From Isurus oxyrinchus (taxonomy: Eukaryota), in contig JANJGN010000042.1 in NCBI GenBank assembly GCA_026770705.1, positions 620,001 to 684,000 of the forward strand: a DNA stretch of 64,000 bases, read 5' to 3'. Position 1 is the first letter of the stretch. Each line of letters opens with the position of its first letter. Below are positions 25,850 to 39,419 of the stretch, piece by piece. Both the position numbers and the translations under genes were made by a program. Under the pieces are notes generated by a model. That model worked only from the letters and a program-made list of their open reading frames with translations, ran no database searches and was not told where the DNA came from.

Positions 25850-26180
25850 CCACTTGCAAGGCCAGTTAAGGGGGCAGTTGTCACTCCACTGCACCTCCCT
25901 GGGCGTAGCGTCACATAGAGGCCAAACTTGGGAAAGACAACTGAATTCCCTCACGAAAGTATATGAATGAAACGGATTGTGCTAATTCATGAGAATGCTG
26001 TAGTTTCATGGTCATCATTCATGATTGCTCTTTTTTTAATTTTCAGCTTACTTTCGTGAACTGAACTTATGTTCATCAATTGACGTGGTGGGATGTACAT
26101 TTTCGTCCCTGAATCACTAACCTTGCCTTCAGATTTACTAGTCCATGAACATGACCTCTATTCCAACATACACCAAGGCA
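25850..26180 (-). mobile_element. tRNA-derived SINE
   Basis: Same body (ggcagtt..gtcacatagaggcca..gtttcatggtcatcatt..gtggtgggatgt) as 14825 and 54350. Confidence 0.6.
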
Positions 26181-28113
26181 ATTGTCTACCAACGAGATAT
26201 AGAGACTAGGGTTCAATTGAAAATATCAAAACTGAGATTCATAGGATTGGGTACCAACGGCTTTAAACTAAGGTGTCCAAATGGAGACATTCTGCATATT
26301 ATCAATGCACTAATTGAAGGACAGGGAAGATTCCAGGACCAGAATATCCTTCTCCATTTGCTATGGATCAACAACTTCGGGATAGGATCCAAAATTGCAC
26401 TGGTAAATGCATAACTGAAACCAGAAACCAGCTATAGTCAGCAATTTCTGCAAAGCAGCGAGAAGGGAACAAGGAGGCATAGAAGAGCACCAAGCAGATT
26501 GGAAAAATGGTCGCCAGTATAGTAAGTATGACTATATTTCAATAGTCAGTGTGACAGCAAAAAGAATGTGATGCACACTGGACAGAGAGTGCTCCAATGT
26601 AATGGATGTAGACAACGTTTTAGCTGGTTAGCACAGCATGAATAAATAAAGGCATCGCACCATACACAGTGGGGAGAGGTCTTGCACGTTTTCAATGACT
26701 GGACGAAGTTTCAACAAATCATCCAACCTCAGTAGCACAAGGATGCGGTATACTGCGAAACATTGCAAATGAGGACACTGTAGGACGGGACTTGCTTCCT
26801 CAGCCCGACTGCAAATTTATCAATATATTCCCACTGAGAAGAAGTCGTTCACATGCTGCATGGATTAGGGAAGATGTTAACAGTTGTTTCTTCTTCTCGC
26901 AGTCCGTTATGTTCAAGAGGTAGACGTAGGAAAAACCTTTCAAATGATATGTAGTTGGCGAGTGACTCAGTCGTGCATTTCAATTGCTGACAGATGAGTG
27001 AAATTTCAAGTAGCAGCAGAATTTCAATTATGTTCTTACTAATGATGTTAATCACATCTGGGGTTATTTAATAATCTGGACAAAGGGCATATAAAGCGAA
27101 GGCTAATGGATCAGTTTCGGCCTGACATTGAAAGACCTATCGAGGTATAACAAGTAATTACTTCCTTACTCACGATCTTCCGCTGGCAACAGTGACAAAT
27201 ATTGAGACCTGTGCCGCATTTTGCATTTGGGGAGCAGGAGAACTGCCATACCCCAAGCGCATGTGCAGTACTCACCCGAGATTGGGATAATGATTTGTTG
27301 CAATGAGTACCCCATAATATCTCTGGCGTGACATTTTGTGGCTATCAGGATGGCAAGAAATGTGTTTGTGCATGGTCAGTGGGGAGCGGCAGTGCTGTAA
27401 AATGTGGCGAGTCATTCAAAAGCTCATTGGCATTTGCAGAACCAAAAAATCTCGCCGCCGAGAGGGGCCATTAAATTCTGAATTTGCCATTACATTTGAT
27501 GAGTTATTTTTAATAATTCTGTTGGTCATGATTGATGCCCATTGACATTAAGACACTGTTGTTAGACTCGATTTATGCTGTTTGATAACACTGGAAATGT
27601 CATCATAATTGTCCGATTGAAAGTGTAGAAGGCGAATTACTGTTGTTCATTTTTTCCTGCCCCTTATTCCTATGTTCAATGACAAGGGATAGCGAGTGTG
27701 AAGCGGTGACTAGTGAGTTGAGAACAATGCATGGGAGCAGCATTTGTTACCATTTCAGAACGCCTTTTACCTCCAAGGTATAAACTACACAAAGCAATAA
27801 CATTGAGGTTCCTACCTTAAATTGTTAAATTTTGGTATCCAATATCAGATCTAAGTCGGACTCTCTGTCTCCCACATGGATTTACAAGGCCCTGGGGGCT
27901 GGTAGGGATGTACCAGGCCCCTGCTAGCACGAGGAAGACAACTAAAAATTAACGGGGAGCAGACAACGTTCTTTATACATTGTTAAATTCACACAGAGGA
28001 AAAGGGACTCAAAGCAAATGACGCTGCTTCCGGGAGACTAGACTAAGTGTGAGATAAACAAAAGCAGCAATGGATGGAACACAAATTATGACTCATGTTG
28101 GATTTTATTGATA

Positions 28114-30354
28114 TCATCTTTTAAATAATTTAACAAGCAGATTCAGTGGGAGTTTCACACCATTCTTTAACTCTTCTCTGAATTTACTCTGGGTCCCTGC
28201 ATAAATAAACGGATTGACGCAGGAACTCAGGAGCTGAAGCATACGTGCGATTTCCTCCATAAGAAAATTTGATTCATTGAAATTGGTAGAGTCTGCATAG
28301 CTGAGATTCGCAATTCGGACATAGAGGAAGTTTATAAATCTTAACAAATATAACAGGATGAAACTGCCCGAGATACAGAAGAGCAAAACCATGGACTTCC
28401 TTCTTTTCTGCATCTCTGGGTCACTTTGATTCTCTCCATTGCTCTGGATCCGGAGTCTCCTGCGGGCTCGACTGGCCGCTACAATGTGTCTGATGGTCAG
28501 AGCATTGAGTAGTAAAATAAGGACGAATGAGAGGCAGAGGGTTAACACGGTGATTATGCTTTCATAAGCGACCCATGCAGGTGACGTATAAAATATTGAT
28601 TTTGCGTTGCATTGCCAGGGTATATTGTCAATGATAAAGGCAGGCTCACACATAAAATACAAGGGGATGCTTTTAACACAGTTGAGTACACAGACAGTTC
28701 CTATCACCGCAGCCGCCATTTTCTCAGTGCAATATTTAGTTTTCAGCTTCTGGCAGCAAATGGCTACAAATCGGTCAAAGGTGAAAGCCACTGTTACACA
28801 GACAGAAGAATCGATGACACAATAAATTAGCACAAGTCTGAGGCTGAAGACCGGAGTGATGGACAAGAGACTGAATGGGAAATAAATACCTATAACCCGG
28901 TTTAATAACACAACTGTGATCCCGACAAGGAGATCCGTCACGGCCATGGACATCAGGTAGTAAGTGATACATTTTGAGAGACCGCATCTTCCTCGAGGCA
29001 GTATCAGAATCACTGCCAGATTAGCTGTGACAGCGAAACGCAGCCAGTGAATATCAGATGTTGAGAAAGAAATTTATAACATAAAATGTTGGAAATTCTC
29101 ATTCAAGCAGCAGTTGAAAAGAGAGGAACAAGTTAGCATGTCAGAGAAATGATCTAGAGGAAAATAACCTAAAACACAGCAATCTGTTCTGTACTGTCAG
29201 CAACACTAAGGGCTCACCCAAGGTGAACATTGAACGTCCTGGATTGTGACTCTGAAATACAATCAATGTTGTTCTCATCTAATGTTTAGCGACGGGAAAA
29301 TATAAGAATACTCTGAAACACTGGAAAATCGAAGGTTAACAAATACTTTACAGAGCTTGAAAAAAGTTCAGCAAAAAAAAAGCTAGTACTTAACTGAAAA
29401 AAAGATGAAGGAGATCTGATGCATCTTAGCTGCAACAATTCGAAGTTAAAGGAACAAGGCTTCACAGCCACGAGTAAAGCAGATCATGCTTACTATGGAT
29501 CAGGTGTGGCTCAATTTGTAGCAATCTCACTTTTGATTCAAAAGGTTTAGCATTCAAGTCCAAATGATGGACTTCAGCAACGTTGCACTGCCCGATATGC
29601 TATATTTCAGCTAAAACAAAAGACTGAGGAACGGTCCAATAACTGGTGAATACAAAATCTAACTTAAGAAATAGCTGTTATTCACATTCCAGTGCAAGGA
29701 GCAATATATGCACATGGCAAAGTGAGGTAATTCAATAGCTGTGAAAATAACACAATAGAGCTACATTTACAGCGTAATAAATCATCCATGGTGACAGTGC
29801 CAATAATACAATTGACCTACATTGCACTGTGATATTAGTGTGCTAAATACTTCGCCCACATTAATAATGACAATAACAACATCTAATTTCACTTAGACTG
29901 AGAGACCGCACTGCTAAGTGGGAGAACATTTTTAATTAAAGAGATGAAAAGGCATTGGTGAAGCAAACATAGTAATCCCTGAAATGGAAGTAAGTATACT
30001 GGCAATGGGAAGAAACTGTTCTCGTGAAGGGGAGAAATGATACCCTTAAAGTGGAGAAAAGAGACCAGTAATGAGCAGTAATATTGCGAGGAAAGGGAAG
30101 GTTTAATATCATTTAAAAGAAGAATGCACTAAACGTAGAGATAAGGATACTGCAAAAAAGGGAAAACATTATAAATAACAAATTATCCTGTTAATAGGGT
30201 GAACCATAGAGAAGCAGTACAGCTAAATTAAAGAAGTGATAGAAAAATGATTCTGGTAACTGGTAACTAACCCTAATACTTTACCTGGAATACCAATAGC
30301 TGCAAGAACGGGATAGTAAATGGCGAACACCAGACCTTCTGGTATCCCATGCAT
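28114..30354 (-). CDS. Intact GPR139/142-like class A GPCR gene 2, 326 aa, two exons (30354-30285, 29024-28114)
   Basis: Exon 1 MHGIPEGLVFAIYYPVLAAIGIP + G|GTAAAG; acceptor ctgtcacAG; open exon 2 with TM1 Asn, TM2 Asp (MAVTDLL), DRF, ECL2 Cys and NPFIY. 981 nt including the stop. Confidence 0.92.
29490..29700 (+). mobile_element. Old tRNA-headed SINE remnant in the intron of gene 2
   Basis: gtggctcaatttgtagca..ttcaagtcc shows A-box/B-box-like spacing. Confidence 0.45.
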
Positions 30355-30405
30355 TTCTCTCAAAAGCTCCGAGTGTGCTCTGTGCTACACCGAAAGACTG
30401 TTACA

Positions 30406-30499
30406 TTTATACATGATGTCGGCCTCTAGGGAGACAAAGGGAAGGTTTGGCCTTTTACATTAATTACACTAACTGAAAAAAAACATTTTAGTGCAGCTG
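30406..30499 (-). promoter_or_regulatory. GPCR gene 2 proximal promoter module
   Basis: Minus strand: CAGCTG 30499-30494, TCCCTAGAG 30432-30424, TATAAA 30411-30406 (57 nt before the ATG). Confidence 0.6.
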
Positions 30500-30959
30500 C
30501 TGCCGCGCTCGCATTTATGTTTTTGATGGAATAGAATCTGTTTTCAAGCACACTGGCGCGGCTCCAAATTGAAATAATCTGATAGGAGAGTACGGTCCAA
30601 GTTGCATTTTTTCCTAAAATTTAAATAACAAGCCAAACAAGCCATTGTAATTGTGAAAGTGAGCACTGTGCACGAGCATCCATGGCTTTAAACTCCGCAG
30701 GAAAACATTACAATGTTCTCACTCTTGATCATTTTTCAGGCCGTGTGAACACGGATCACGTGTAATGTGGCTCCCTTTCCCTTCTGGAATGAGGAACCAA
30801 TCAGTAGCCATCCACCCTCAGCCTCTCTGCCTGCTTGGACGTCAACTCACGACGAAAAGCTTCTCAATTAACTCTGTAAATGAAACTCCAATGCTATGGG
30901 TGTTGGCATGTGTCCTATTTCTGTTTGGCTTTTAGATGGATTTGCAGCAGAATCATTGT

Positions 30960-31900
30960 TCCAGGCCCACTCAGGCACCTCCATCACACTTCTTCCTGGT
31001 ATATTCATGACCAGATCAGTGTTGATCTCGTTCAACCCCTGAACTGGAAAATGAGGTTACGTTTGCTTTGGAATGTAACCCTCCCCATGCCCTTATTTGT
31101 TCCATGTTTGAAATTTATATTTCCTTCTGCAGCTTTGATGTGGACACATCGGGGAATTGGCTATGGCCCAATATTCAACAGAAGCTCACCAACACCCAGT
31201 TATCTTGAATACACATCCATGCACATCTCTTACTGGAAAGGAACTTTTCTGTTCTCTCAGAATCTCAGTTTCTGCTGAATATGTTCGATTATCCCTTCTA
31301 GCTTTCTCCAATAGAGCTTCCAATTACTTCAGCCGAGTATTTCCAGCGCACCGTGGTTGACAGAACACAGCGCCGTGCATGTATCATGTCTCACACTTCT
31401 GCTTTCACACCTTCTCCCCCTCCAAGATCCACAATAGGCTTCTCCTTGCCCTTGCCTACCATTCAACACACCTCCAGTATCATTTGGTCCACCTCTGCAT
31501 TTTCAAACACATCCAGCATGTTGTCACTGCCCAATATGTCCAAATCACCTCTACACCTTAATATTGAGAATGGGTCATTTGCTCCACTCCGCACTTGTCT
31601 CCTCCTCAAGCAATCCAACCCTTCCTTTTCTGAAGAACGTTCCCATGCACGCAATGAACATGCAACGCCAGCCCCTGTCTCCCTGCCCTTCTCTCTGTCC
31701 TACGTCCCAAACAATGCTTCCAAATGGAAAATCGAATTGTTTGAACTTCTGTCCATTGAGTATACCCTGTTCACTGCTCAATATGCAGCCTGCTCTACAT
31801 TCTGGAGGTGAAGTGTAGATTGGTGATCATTTCTCAGATACATCCGTTCAGTCCACAAGTGTGATCTTCTGGTCACTTGTCACCCTAATTATCTGTTCTG
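30960..31900 (+). mobile_element. Degenerate Penelope-like element (RT C-terminus and GIY-YIG)
   Basis: HP..S..FSQ.L..C-like segment near 31210-31290; Y..HCS.C.LLYI and ..SV.K.DLLVTCH near 31760-31885. Terminal-repeat remnant at 32280-32340. Confidence 0.6.
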
Positions 31901-32349
31901 CTCTCACTTTAACATGAAGCATATGCTCCAGGAGTAAAATTTCATAGTTCCTTAAGGCACTTTCTAGGCTTTTGTATTTTCCATAAATTTCAACAATCGT
32001 GATCACAACCACTGCATTCTTCTTCCTTCTTTGCTCTTTGTTGTTCCGTTGGGAAAACATTTGTTGATTTCGATTCTGTTATAGACAGTTTGCCGTCTTT
32101 TAGACATTCTGCTTCTGCTTTTCCTTGTTCCACTTTGACCTCCACCATCACTGCTTTTGTCATTTGAATTCTGCTGTTTTCCCCTTTGCCAGAAGCATCT
32201 CCTTTTGATCTTGCTTCCCCACATTCGTTTTTTGCCTCTATACTTGCATGAAAACTGTTCCGTCTGTTACTTTTGCCTGCTCTGATAAAAGGTCACATGC
32301 TGCCGGATATCTTGAGTATTTCCATCGTTTCCTGTTTAATTCCATTTAG

Positions 32350-33300
32350 GGTATTTATATTCAGTGTAGAAATGTGCAGCTCGGCATGGTTATATTCACA
32401 GTGTGCACACCTAGTTTGGCATGGTTACTTCCATTTGGAGTAGTTCAATTCAGTTAGTGTAGCCATGTCAATCCCGGCAATAACGAATGTGCACAGGTGT
32501 GTGAATGTACATTTTGTGTGGCAACATCCTGTTCAGGACGTGTGTGCTTCGTGCTTTCAGGCTAAGCTCAGTGCACTCACATTCAGAGAAGATAACCTCC
32601 TGTTGAGCACGATTAAATTAATGGTGGAGCACTCCAGATTGACATGGTTATGTGCCATGTAAAGAGTCCCGTCCATCCCGCTTGCAATCACTGTTTAGTG
32701 GAAAACCAGTTTAGGGGTAAATCACGCTATTGTGACTGTCCAGTTCAGTAAATTGCATTAACTGAATTCAGGTTAATTTGCGCACAGCTGCACTCAGTAC
32801 GAACAGGCCAATTTCTATCTTGTTACACTGAATGTACATAGATAACTATTAGCCCTGTTATTGTCAAGTTTGTCCGGTGGAACACAACAATGTACGATGT
32901 GCACAGCCCCGGCTGTGAACAGTTTCTTTCTTGCTGTGGAAAATTTCACTTCAGCATGATTACTTTCCATGTAGAATACTCAATTTCATTACTGCTGTAT
33001 TCGATAGAGAGAGGACCGGCTGGGCATGGTTATGTTTTGTGTAGACGTATTGAAGTCTGCTTGGTGCTAATGAATGTGTACATGGACATTTGCATTCAGA
33101 ATGGATTGGTTTAGTTCTGCATTCTTACTTTTAATATGAGCTTCTGTGGTGGACAGTCCCAACTGGTCACTGTTACTGTCAGCGTGAACATTTTAACTTC
33201 CTAGTGGCTATGCTTCGTGTGCAGATGGCTTGATCAATGAGCTTACATTCAATTTGCACAATTACAGTTCTGCAGCATGATTTTCAGTGCAGACTGATCT
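32350..33300. repeat. Highly degenerate satellite-like region upstream of gene 2, homologous (inverted) to 46080-46620 and probably 43290-43690
   Basis: Recurrent ggcatggttat/gtgtgcac motifs. 32600-32660 matches the reverse complement of 46321-46385. Confidence 0.6.
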
Positions 33301-33669
33301 GGGCCGGAGAGATTTTATTTATTGTGATTTTCCATGACAAAATCCAGGTCTATTTTTAATGATAAAGGAAGGCTCTTAGGCAAAGTACTAGGGGATGAGG
33401 AGGTTCTGGAGACTTTGGAATTGTCTTCTCCAGAAAACAAGACACGGCAGGGGCACTAAATATATTTAAGGCATAGTTATACAAATTATTGATCGACAAG
33501 AGATCCAATGGTTACTCAGTCTGGCAGGAAAACGGAGTTAAGGCCAGGATCACATCAGTCATGAACTTACTGTATGTTGGAGCTGGATTGTTGGGTCGAA
33601 ACGCTTACAACGACTTTCATCTCTTTTGATCTCAATGACTTCAAATAAATATCCAGCCATTGTCACTGT

Positions 33670-34563
33670 TTATGCCATTTGGCAATAGATTGAAAGAGTA
33701 TTTAAACGCCCTTTTCAGCTCCGCTTTGTATTTAGTCTGGGTCCCTGCATATATAAATGTATTCTTACAGGATCTAAGGAGTTAAAAACACTGTCGGATT
33801 TGCTGCAGAATAAATTTTGTGTCAATGGAAATGGAACTGATAGATCAGCTATTTCCCATACTTTGTGCAAACAGGAAACGTACAATATGCGTCAAGGCCA
33901 GCTGGAGGAAACTGCCTGAAATGGAGAAGAGTACAAAAATAGACTTGCTGTGGCTCTTCATCTCTGAGTCACTCTGATTCTCTCCATTCCTGTGGGATCA
34001 GAGTCTGCTGCAGGATTTACTTACCAGTAGAATATTTCAGGATGTCTCAATATCGAGCAGCAAAGTCAGGAGAAAGGAGAGACAAGGGGTTAGAATACAG
34101 TCCAGCCAGTCAAACATTCTCCATGGAAATAAAATATAAAATGCATCATCTATGATAGAGTTACGTTGTTAACGATATAAATAAGTTCATACATGAAATA
34201 AAAAGGGGTGTTTATCAAAGAGGACTGCACACAGATCATTCTTAAATTTCCAGCTGCTGTTTTCTAACTGCAGTATTTCATTTTCAGCTCCTGGTGACAA
34301 ATGGCTAGGGAACAGTAAAAGGTGAACTTGAGGGTTGACCAGAGAGTACAACCTTTCGAACCAGAGTTTAAAGCAACAAGGACGACATAGAGGAATGGTG
34401 GACAGAAAACTGACTGGAAAATAAACAGCCGGAAATGGGCTTAATGTCACGGTAATGCTAATGACAAGGAGATCTGTCACCACCATGGATACCAGATACT
34501 GCGTGATACATCAGGAGAAACCACAAATTGCTCGGGAGAAGATCACAATCATTAGAAAGTTAG
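33670..34563 (-). pseudogene. Divergent GPR139/142-like GPCR pseudogene (exon 2 only found)
   Basis: Acceptor (ct)n gccttacAG then ANFLMIVIFSRAICGFS*CITQYLVSMVVTDLLV. Later GENQSDSEMK, SISGSFLQL and FIYAGTQTK segments, with multiple frameshifts. Confidence 0.85.
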
Positions 34564-36470
34564 CTGTAAGGCAGAGAGAGAGAGAGAGAAAGAGGAGAGA
34601 GAGAGGAACAGAATTAGTGCCGAAACTCTCAGCTACACCTGCAGTTTGGTGGGAGAGGGTATGGAATTTATATCATGAATACTTGATTCAACGCTGGAAC
34701 TGATTAATTTAGTAACGTAGTGTGTTTTTTTTTATTAATATTGTCCCAAATACATTGGAAATTGGAACATGAAATAACACAAAACACTTATTTTCTGATT
34801 TCTGTAAAGTTTATGCAATCTAGAAGTAGCAGGAATTGAACAGGATTAACGTATTAAATAGACAAAAGGACAGCCTGAAGATGGCATAACGGACAGATAA
34901 TAAATCAATACATTTAGTCGTTTAAATTCCGGTAAATAATAACGTTATGAAATGTTAAACCGCTATAATACTTAGAGCAATCGAATGACAGGAAATAAGA
35001 TATGGGTAATAACTTATTCCTAAGAAATAAATGAGGGAACCACGGGACGATGGAAAATAAAGTTGAACGAACGCCATTGATTCAATTCGGGTTTAGTTCC
35101 TGTGGAAACAGGTCAAACAGCATCAGCGGGTTTTTTTGCAGCTCAATGATTGCTGTAGTGGGAGATTAGGTCTCGTATTTTAGTGAAGATTTGTAATTGA
35201 AGAAGCAGAAAGTCCTCCGTTTAGAGTCTCATCAAACGAGCGACAGAGCAGGTAGTGCTGTCCTTCCTCAGGAGTATGCAGCTAGGTTAGGGACTCGAGA
35301 TCTGGAGTAGGGCTCAAACCCAGGGCTTGAACACTGATATTTCAAAATGTAGATCCCCGAAATAAAGTGGCTGTGAGCATAATACATACTGGTTCCGATG
35401 AGTATCACACAGCCTTGACAACAAAATGCATCTTAGGAGAATTGAATGGGGCAGTTAACATTAGCAACAGAGTTAAAAAAAAAGTCTTCGTAACTGTTCA
35501 TCGATTGCAACTATTTGATAAATTTATGAATAAACATGTGGAGGGTAAACAAAAATATGGAAAAATACATACCACTATCATTTATAGTTTCACGCCAATT
35601 AGAACATATGCTGATCTGTAATGGTTAAGCTCAAAACGCCACAAAAAAAAATCCCTCCCACAAATTATATTCCTTCTTCCACAGTTTGCTCATTCAGTTA
35701 TACAACAACAACCCTTCGCAATGTCCTCTTCTTATCTAAAATATTTACTGTGCCACATGGCTTATTTTCGGCAGCAATTTGGATACGAAACTTACCATTG
35801 CTTCATTTCGAACCTTTAAATGCGGTGAAAAGCTGAGACCCAAATACAAATCTTGCGAATCAGCTGTTACACCCTGTCAATTGAAATGAATTCACTTTAT
35901 CCATCAACAAATTAAATGAGCTTTGTACACACCACAGCCATCGCTATTTAAATTTATGTCGATATCAATATAAATTAACATCTAGGCATGTAAAATAAAC
36001 GACCTGTTAGACTAAAAAATTCAGGTGTTAATGACATTATTGAAGTAACAATTAAACTACATTTTGCAGCATTTGTATCATTGCCAAAAAGTCCTTGAAT
36101 ACAAGACACAGAAATCGCGGGAACACATAAAGCAACCTTGAATTATTTGCTGTTGGAGGACAGCCAAACATCCGGAGAAGCTAAACAGTAGACATTTGAC
36201 CCTCAAGGCTTCACAGTTAAAAAAAAGATGGAAAAGATTTAATTCCGGAAAAATTACGTAGAATACAATGAATTCAGATTCAGAATGTTTCTGTTTCGTA
36301 TTTTGAGTGATTCAGAAAACTGACTGTAAAATAAACAGCCGTAAACCGGCTTAATACCAGTGTAATGAAAATACAAAGGAAATCTATCACCGCCATGGAC
36401 ACTGCGTATCAAGAAAGACGACATCTTCCTCGGGAACGTTTCACGATAGTCAGAAAGTTAGCTCTAAGCT

Positions 36471-36505
<35 letters not shown>

Positions 36506-38200
36506 TAGGGAAGAATTAGTGCTGAATTTCCCAGCTACAACATCCGTTTTGCGGAAGAATGATATGGCATCTGGACCATCAATACTTTATTCAACCCTGG
36601 AACTGATTAGTTTACCAATGTATAAATGCTGGTCCATTTTTTATTTATATTGTCCCAGATAAAGTGGAAGTCGGAATATAAAATGACACAAAGCACTTAC
36701 TTTCCGATTCCTGTAAATTTTATGTAATCTAGAAGTAGAAGGAATTGATCTTCACTAACGTATTAGATTGACAAAAGGACAACCTGAAAATGGCATAAAA
36801 TACATATAAAATCTCAATACATTTATTCATTTAAAAATAAGTAAATAATAACGTTATGAAACTTTAAACCACTATAATAATGAAACCAATCTAACGACAG
36901 GAAATAAGGTATGGGTAATAACGAATTCCTAATAAGTATCAGAAGGAACCAAGGTACGATGAAAAAAAAAAATGAGCGAACACCTTTGATTAAATTTGGG
37001 TTTTGCCCCCGTGGAAACAAGTCAAAGCGCATCAAGGTCTTTTTTTTCAGTTCAGTGACTGCTGTAGTGGGAGATGAGGTCTCGCAGCTGTAGTGAGGAT
37101 TTTCAACTGATAAAGCAGAAAGACCTCGGTTTACAGCCTCGTCAGAAGGACGACAGAGTAGAAAGTGCTGGACTATCTCAGCGGCATGGAGCTGGGCTAC
37201 AGACACGCGATCGGAAGTAGGGAACAAACCCAGGGCTTTCCGAACGAACACTGAAATTTCAAAATTTAGCTCAGTTAAATAAAATGGCTACGAGTATAAT
37301 GAATTCCGGCTCCGAAGCGTATCACACAGGCTGGACAACGAAGTGCACTACTAAGGAGAATTGAATGCAGCTGTTAACCGCAGCAACGGAGTTAAAAATG
37401 ATCATCACAGTTCAGCGACTGCAATGATTGATGTTAAATTTACGCATTGTTAGTCAAACACCAATAAACATGTGGCGGGTAAACAAAAACATGGAAAATA
37501 CTTACCACTATCATTTATAGTTTCACGCTAATTAGAAAATATGGTGACGTGCAATGGTTAAGCTTAAAGCGCCAGAGAAAAACAGCCTTCCCCAAATGGT
37601 ATTCCTTCTCCTACAGTTTGCTCATTCAGTTATCCAACGACAGCCCTTCGCAATGTTCTGTTCTTCTCTAAACTATTTAGTGTACCACATGGCTTATTTT
37701 CGGCAGCAATTTGGATACGAAACTTACTGCTGCTTCATTTTGAACCTTCTAAATGCGATGAAAAACAGGCCCACTTACAAATCCTGTGAATCAGCTGGCA
37801 CCGCCTGTCAATTGCACTGTATTCACATTATCCATCAATAAATTAGATGAGCTTTGTACACACCGCAGGCATCGTGACTTAAATTTACATCGATATCAAT
37901 GTAAATTAACATCTATGCATGTAAAATAAATGACCCGTTTAATGAAACAATTGAGGTGTAAATTACAATATTGAAGTACAAATTAAACTATATTATACAT
38001 CATCTGTATCATTGTCAAAATTCCTGTCAACACAAGAAACAGCGCGCCTTGGAACATATAAATCAATCTTGAATGTCTTGCCCTTGGAGCGCAGCCAAAA
38101 ACCGGTAGAAGCTAATAGTAAACATCTGACCCTCAAGGATTCACAGTTAAGCAAATGTTGATAAGAACTAGTTTTGGAAAAAAATATAGAATACAATGAA
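34403..38200. repeat. Tandem duplication of ~1.9 kb (34403-36272 and 36313-38200)
   Basis: Colinear copies, e.g. cacatggcttattttcggcagcaatttggatacgaaacttac in both. Each contains the GA microsatellite, the GPCR acceptor and a SINE remnant. Confidence 0.9.
36313..36462 (-). pseudogene. GPCR exon 2 5' fragment (TM1-TM2) within the tandem duplicate
   Basis: Reverse strand ANFLTIVKRSRGRCRLS*..SMAVIDFLC..RLFI; truncated. Confidence 0.7.
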
Positions 38201-38779
38201 CAATGCCAGATAGTACAGTAAGCTACAGAGACAAGACGCATGTCCCTGTAAAAGCCATTACCCAGACACATAACTACAGAGACATAGCTCAGCCATCTTT
38301 AGGATACAAAGGATTGAGTTATGAGAGAATTCCGTTGAAAAGGTAAGACAAATGTACACTCTACGATTAAGAAATTATACTGGATTTTAAGAATAACTTC
38401 TTCAAATCAATATTTGTTTGACTATCCAGATTGTTGAATAAAGTGGATTTATAATCTTATGCTTTCTTGCATAGCATTGCTAGGTTATATTCGGTGATAT
38501 AGTAGTGATATACATATGAGTTGTAGCCTCATACTGAAAACCTCACGAACCCACATATAAGTAACAATATCGTAGAAATCGTAAGTTTGCTTTCTAAGTG
38601 CGGATAGTGGTAAACTGTTAAAGAGTTTTTTCTTACTGTAGTATACCTGTAGTAATATTCTACCCTGGCAGAATTTTGCTGGTTCGACAACTCCGAGTAG
38701 CTGTCTGAGTTGTTTTGAATTCGTACAGAGCAGTTGTTGGGGGCGGGGAGTGGCGGTGGGGGAGTAAAGCAGTCGGATC

Positions 38780-39370
38780 AATGTTACATTTCGAAAAGGC
38801 CATAGGGAGTAATAATTGATTAGGATCGATACATGGATTTAATGAGAGAGCAGGGTCATGGGAATATTTTTGAATGAATACTGTGCTGCAATGCGAATGA
38901 CGGGCAGTGCCAATTATTTTGGATTGATATTAGCCTATAGTAAGAAGAAAGAAAATGGTGAACTATTTTGGATTGGTACAGTCTTATTGTGAGGAAAAAA
39001 AAAGATCAGTGTGAGATATTTCGGATTGCCGGAGGCTTACACTTAGAAAAAAGGGTAGAGTGAATTGTTCCAGGTTCGTACCATGTTGAAGCGAATTGCT
39101 AGGCAATGTGAAATGTTTTGATCTGAGACAGGCATGTAATTAGAGAGCTGAGCTGTATGAATGCCCGTTGGATTTATACAGGGCTGGAGTGAAAAGGCAG
39201 CAATGTGTGAATTTCAAGGATTCTTTTACCATAGGGACATGGACGAAACAGTGAATGATTTTCGATGCATTCAGGCCTGTAGTGAGAGGGCAGGGCCGAC
39301 AAAATTGTTTTGGGATGATACAGGGCCACGGTGATAGAGTAACGCACTGTGAACAATTTGGCTATCTGCA
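38780..39370. repeat. Degenerate ~50-bp minisatellite
   Basis: tattt(t/c)ggattg at 38915, 38964 and 39017, with weaker copies beyond. Confidence 0.7.
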
Positions 39371-39419
39371 TTCGTATGTTCACATTGGGTAATCATATCA
39401 TAACGTTACCAAGACATTT

